Assembly (NCBI GenBank): GCA_039589315.1
Contig: JBDHHQ010000041.1
Span: 1-61,744 of the forward strand
Origin: Gemmatimonadota bacterium
GTDB taxonomy: Bacteria; Gemmatimonadota; Gemmatimonadetes; Longimicrobiales; Gaopeijiaceae
DNA: 61,744 nucleotides
Direction: 5' to 3'
A model generated the notes under the pieces. The model did not search any database. It saw nothing but the letters and a program-made list of their open reading frames with translations, and was not told where the DNA came from. Of the stretch, positions 58,696 to 61,744 are shown piece by piece; within the stretch, counting starts at the first letter, position 1, and each line of letters begins with the position of its first letter. The translations under genes were made by a program, and so were the position numbers.

Positions 58696-60904
58696 AGAAC
58701 ACGAGCTGGTACGAAAGCCAGAGGTTCCGCTTGGCCTCCGGACGGAAGAAGCTCGCGTTGGCGAACTCGGCATAGAGCTCGTTCGTGAGGTTCGCCAAGG
58801 TGACTCCGACGTGGTGCTCGATCCCGCTGCCCGACTGGCTCAGCCGGATACCGCCGCGCACGTCATGCACGGTGAACGCCGGGAGGACAGCGCCGATGGG
58901 GCTGGTGCCCAGATCGACGTCCTTCTGGTCGCCATTGTGCCGCACACCGTACTCCGCCCAGAACAGGTTCGTCGGGTGATCGTACCGGAATGCACCGGTG
59001 ATCTTGGTCGCGAACGTCTCGCCTACGGGGTTGTTGGGCTCGTGGACGTCCTCCGAGTCCAGGTAGGTGTAGGAGCCGTCCAGCGAGAATCCGGATGGCA
59101 GAAAGGCCGTCGCAGACAACTCCACCCCACGGTAGAGCAGCTCGTCGACATTCACGTTGTGATACGCCGGGATCCCGTTGACTTCCTCTCCCGTGGGAGC
59201 GATGCGGATCCCGTCGTAGATGGTGTTCCGGAACACGAACGCCTCGGCAGCGAGCCAACGACTCCGGAACCGCGCGCCCAGGTCCACGTTGAGGCTCGTC
59301 TCGGCCACCAGGTCGGGGTTGCTGAGCTGGTAGCCCGAGCCTTCGGGGGTCGGTCCCTCGAAGAACCACTCGATGATGTTCGGGGCGCGGAAGGCACTGC
59401 CGACGGAGCCCACCAGGCTCAGGCCATCCACCACTTCGTAGATCGCGTTGAGCGCGCCCACCGCGGTCCGGTCCTCCTTCGTGGTCAGGTCACCCTCGAA
59501 GTTCGCCGTCGGGCGCGTCTCGGCCCTGATGTCCTGGACACGTCCTCCCAGGATCAGCGTCCCGCGACGGAGCACCTGGAACTCCCCCTGCGCGAAGGCG
59601 CCGATGGAACGGTAGACGGCATTCGGCACGCTCGGCGTCGCGCTCGAGTCCACCATGGGAGGTCCGAACCCGTGGATGTTCATGACGCTGCGGTCGGTGT
59701 TCTGGGAGTCGTCCCGGAACATGTCCACCCCATACGTCACCAGAATCGAGGGATGGGCGAGCTTCTTGGCCTCCAGGCGGAAGCCGAACGTGGACAGGTC
59801 GGTGAAGTTGTTGCTCGACAGCTCCATCCCCGCGCCTGGAGGCGCGTCGGGGCCGAACGAGGTAGCGATGTCCATGGTGAGGCCCCGCTCGTTCCGCTGG
59901 AGGTAGCTCACGAAGTCCAGACGGTCGGCCACGGCCCATCCCATGTCTGTCACACCGTAACCCACGGTGCCCTTGATGAAGTCCTGGTTGGGATAGCGAA
60001 TCCTCACCTCTGCCTGGTCCGGCGCATACGCCAGGGGGTCGACGAACCCGAAGCCCGCGTCCGAAGCGGTATACGACTCCAGCTTGCCCCAGACGGCGTT
60101 TCGGCGAGACAGCTGATAACCCAGGCGGAAGTCCAGGCTGCGGTCCTGGACGCCGGTGTCGAAGACCGGGGTGTCATCGACCAGCTCGATGTCGCCGAAG
60201 GTGCCCGACGGTGCCTCGTAGGATCCGGCGTCCCTCATGCTGAAGCCCGCCTGCAGGTCGAGATTGCCGAAGCGACCGAAGAATCGGCCGATGCCTCGAT
60301 GCTGGGTCTCGACGGAGCCGTACCGGTAACCGACCGATCCGTGGACACCGTCCTGCACGGGCGTGCGCGTGATCATGTTCACGACGCCGCCGATGGCATC
60401 CGTCCCGTAGAGCACGGACGACGGACCCCGTACCACCTCCACGCGCTGAATGCTGGTGACGTCGACGAGCGCTGGAATCTCGCCGAAGTCCTGTTGGCGG
60501 CGAGAGTTGTTCAGGCGAAGCCCGTCGGCGAGCAGCAGGATCCGCTGACCCCGCTGGCCACGGATCGTCGGGCGCGTCTGGTTGACACCGACTCCATTGA
60601 CGTCCAGTCCGGGTTGAGACCGGAATAGATCAGAGGTCGAGTTGGGCATCTTGCGGGCGATGAGGGTCTGATCCATGACCAGCACCGGGGCAGGTGCCGT
60701 GAAGACCTCACGCGGCGACCGGGTAGCCGTCACGGTGATCTCGTCGACCGCGAACACCACCGTGTCTTCTCGAGCCTCCTCTTCTGTGGCCTGTTGGGGT
60801 GGGTTGGCTTGTGCAGACAGGGCGTGGCTGGGGAGCAGGAGGAGCAAGGTCAGGGTCGTAAGGGCGAGTACCGCGGAGCTGGTGCTGTCCGCCGGTCTGA
60901 CCAT
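58694..60904 (-). CDS. TonB-dependent outer-membrane receptor
   Basis: Signal peptide; TonB box DEITVTATR; PTIRG, RVEVVRGPSSVLYGTDAIGGVVNMIT plug; FRAP...NPDL; C-terminal Phe (YQLVF); 736 aa. Confidence 0.94.
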   Translation of the reverse strand: MVRPADSTSSAVLALTTLTLLLLLPSHALSAQANPPQQATEEEAREDTVVFAVDEITVTATRSPREVFTAPAPVLVMDQTLIARKMPNSTSDLFRSQPGLDVNGVGVNQTRPTIRGQRGQRILLLADGLRLNNSRRQQDFGEIPALVDVTSIQRVEVVRGPSSVLYGTDAIGGVVNMITRTPVQDGVHGSVGYRYGSVETQHRGIGRFFGRFGNLDLQAGFSMRDAGSYEAPSGTFGDIELVDDTPVFDTGVQDRSLDFRLGYQLSRRNAVWGKLESYTASDAGFGFVDPLAYAPDQAEVRIRYPNQDFIKGTVGYGVTDMGWAVADRLDFVSYLQRNERGLTMDIATSFGPDAPPGAGMELSSNNFTDLSTFGFRLEAKKLAHPSILVTYGVDMFRDDSQNTDRSVMNIHGFGPPMVDSSATPSVPNAVYRSIGAFAQGEFQVLRRGTLILGGRVQDIRAETRPTANFEGDLTTKEDRTAVGALNAIYEVVDGLSLVGSVGSAFRAPNIIEWFFEGPTPEGSGYQLSNPDLVAETSLNVDLGARFRSRWLAAEAFVFRNTIYDGIRIAPTGEEVNGIPAYHNVNVDELLYRGVELSATAFLPSGFSLDGSYTYLDSEDVHEPNNPVGETFATKITGAFRYDHPTNLFWAEYGVRHNGDQKDVDLGTSPIGAVLPAFTVHDVRGGIRLSQSGSGIEHHVGVTLANLTNELYAEFANASFFRPEAKRNLWLSYQLVF

Positions 60905-60970
60905 CGGATCACCTCTCTTCTGAATAACCAGCGTCATCGAATCGGCATCTTCTTGCCGGACACGTTTACG

Positions 60971-60996
60971 GGCACGCATATCGCATACAGCGTGCC
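60971..60996. promoter_or_regulatory. symmetric site reading as a sigma54 -24/-12 motif on both strands
   Basis: Plus GGCACGCATATCGC (60971-60984) and minus GGCACGCTGTATGC (60996-60983); both are GG-N10-GC and share the same GC; dyad GGCACGC-N12-GCGTGCC. Confidence 0.55.
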
Positions 60997-61240
60997 GCGA
61001 TCCCCCGGAGTGTGGTCAGTGCTCCTAAGCCGATATCTTTCAGGAAGTTGAGGACTATGACGCCGAGGTAGAGCGACGACCGATGATTCGGGTTTGTGAG
61101 ACCGTGGGCGTCCCATTGAGACGGGGAGCGTCACAGTGTCCCGCTCACGGCGAGTGGGGCGCCAAGCCTCTCGGGGTGTACCGCCGCCCAGGCGCCGCCC
61201 GTACCTTTGCGGCAATCCGGCACACCGTGAGCGAGGCAGG

Positions 61241-61744
61241 GTGAATTCCAACAAGCTCCTCCCCCGAACGAGTATCAAGGCGAAGCTCGCCGTGGCGTTT
61301 GGCGTCGTGGCGGCCGTTCCGCTCCTGCTCGTTGGCCTGCTGGTCATGGGAGGAATCGTTCGACGTCTTGTCGAGAACGCCGAGATCGCTCTCGATCACC
61401 AGGTGGAGCTGGCCACCCTGGGCGTGCTCAGACCGATCCAGGAGGCGGAGCGGCATGTGGCCATCATCGAGGATGCGTTCGTTGGAGGTGCACCGAACGG
61501 GGACATCTCGGTGGACTCCCGGGCAGCGACCCGAATCGCCCGCACCTTGCTGAGCGCGGACTCCTCGGCTCTGGTCCGAGTGGCGATCGTGGACTCGCTC
61601 GGGCGCAACCTCCTGCTCGCACAACGGCCCGCCCCGCCCGCCGAGTCGGCATCGGCCCTCGATGCTCTCGCCTACGTCGAGGCGGCCCGCACCGCCGGCA
61701 CCGAGTGGACCTGGGTGTTTCCGTTGCCCTCCGTGGGCACGGGG
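61241..61744 (+). CDS. membrane sensor protein N-terminus (histidine kinase/Cache-type); runs off the right edge
   Basis: Manual translation MNSNKLLPRTSIKAKLAVAFGVVAAVPLLLVGLLVMGG...LVRVAIVDSLGRNLL; typical TM1 plus periplasmic sensor start; catalytic domain not visible. Confidence 0.65.
   Translation, partial: MNSNKLLPRTSIKAKLAVAFGVVAAVPLLLVGLLVMGGIVRRLVENAEIALDHQVELATLGVLRPIQEAERHVAIIEDAFVGGAPNGDISVDSRAATRIARTLLSADSSALVRVAIVDSLGRNLLLAQRPAPPAESASALDALAYVEAARTAGTEWTWVFPLPSVGTG

Noticed and set aside
1..61744. Prophage, integrase, transposase, defence system, tRNA or rRNA genes
   Set aside because: No supporting motifs seen; composition and codon bias look uniform across the window.

Overview
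High-GC, gene-dense bacterial chromosomal segment of about 40 CDS. No rRNA, tRNA, CRISPR array, transposase or integrase was seen. The gene repertoire (PadR plus duplicated ADOP permease, Ser/Thr kinase-TolB-TPR, SARP/BTAD-ATPase, BNR/VPS10 propellers, many secreted peptidases and amidohydrolases) suggests Gemmatimonadota or a similar Gram-negative lineage; this is inference. The left two-thirds holds secreted hydrolases, signalling proteins, three related membrane-anchored TPR proteins, a FadL-family porin and a peptide ABC importer with no ATPase genes. The right third (43.9-61 kb) is an anaerobic-respiration region. It contains an NHL-propeller lipoprotein coupled to a secreted cytochrome with 13 CxxCH and 2 atypical heme motifs, and a membrane/spermidine-synthase fusion. 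It also contains a non-canonical nap operon (secreted protein, napD, napA, tetraheme napB, hexaheme lipoprotein, Fe-S protein, NrfD-family protein; no napC/napGH) and a TonB receptor behind a symmetric sigma54-like site. Smaller signals include a 35-bp CTAG-initiated repeat in two copies, two apparently frameshifted genes, a truncated PIG-L/BshB1 remnant and a degenerate GGDEF protein with an intact I-site. Starts were re-picked by eye from RBS and stop/start overlaps. All functional calls are motif-based; no database searches were run.
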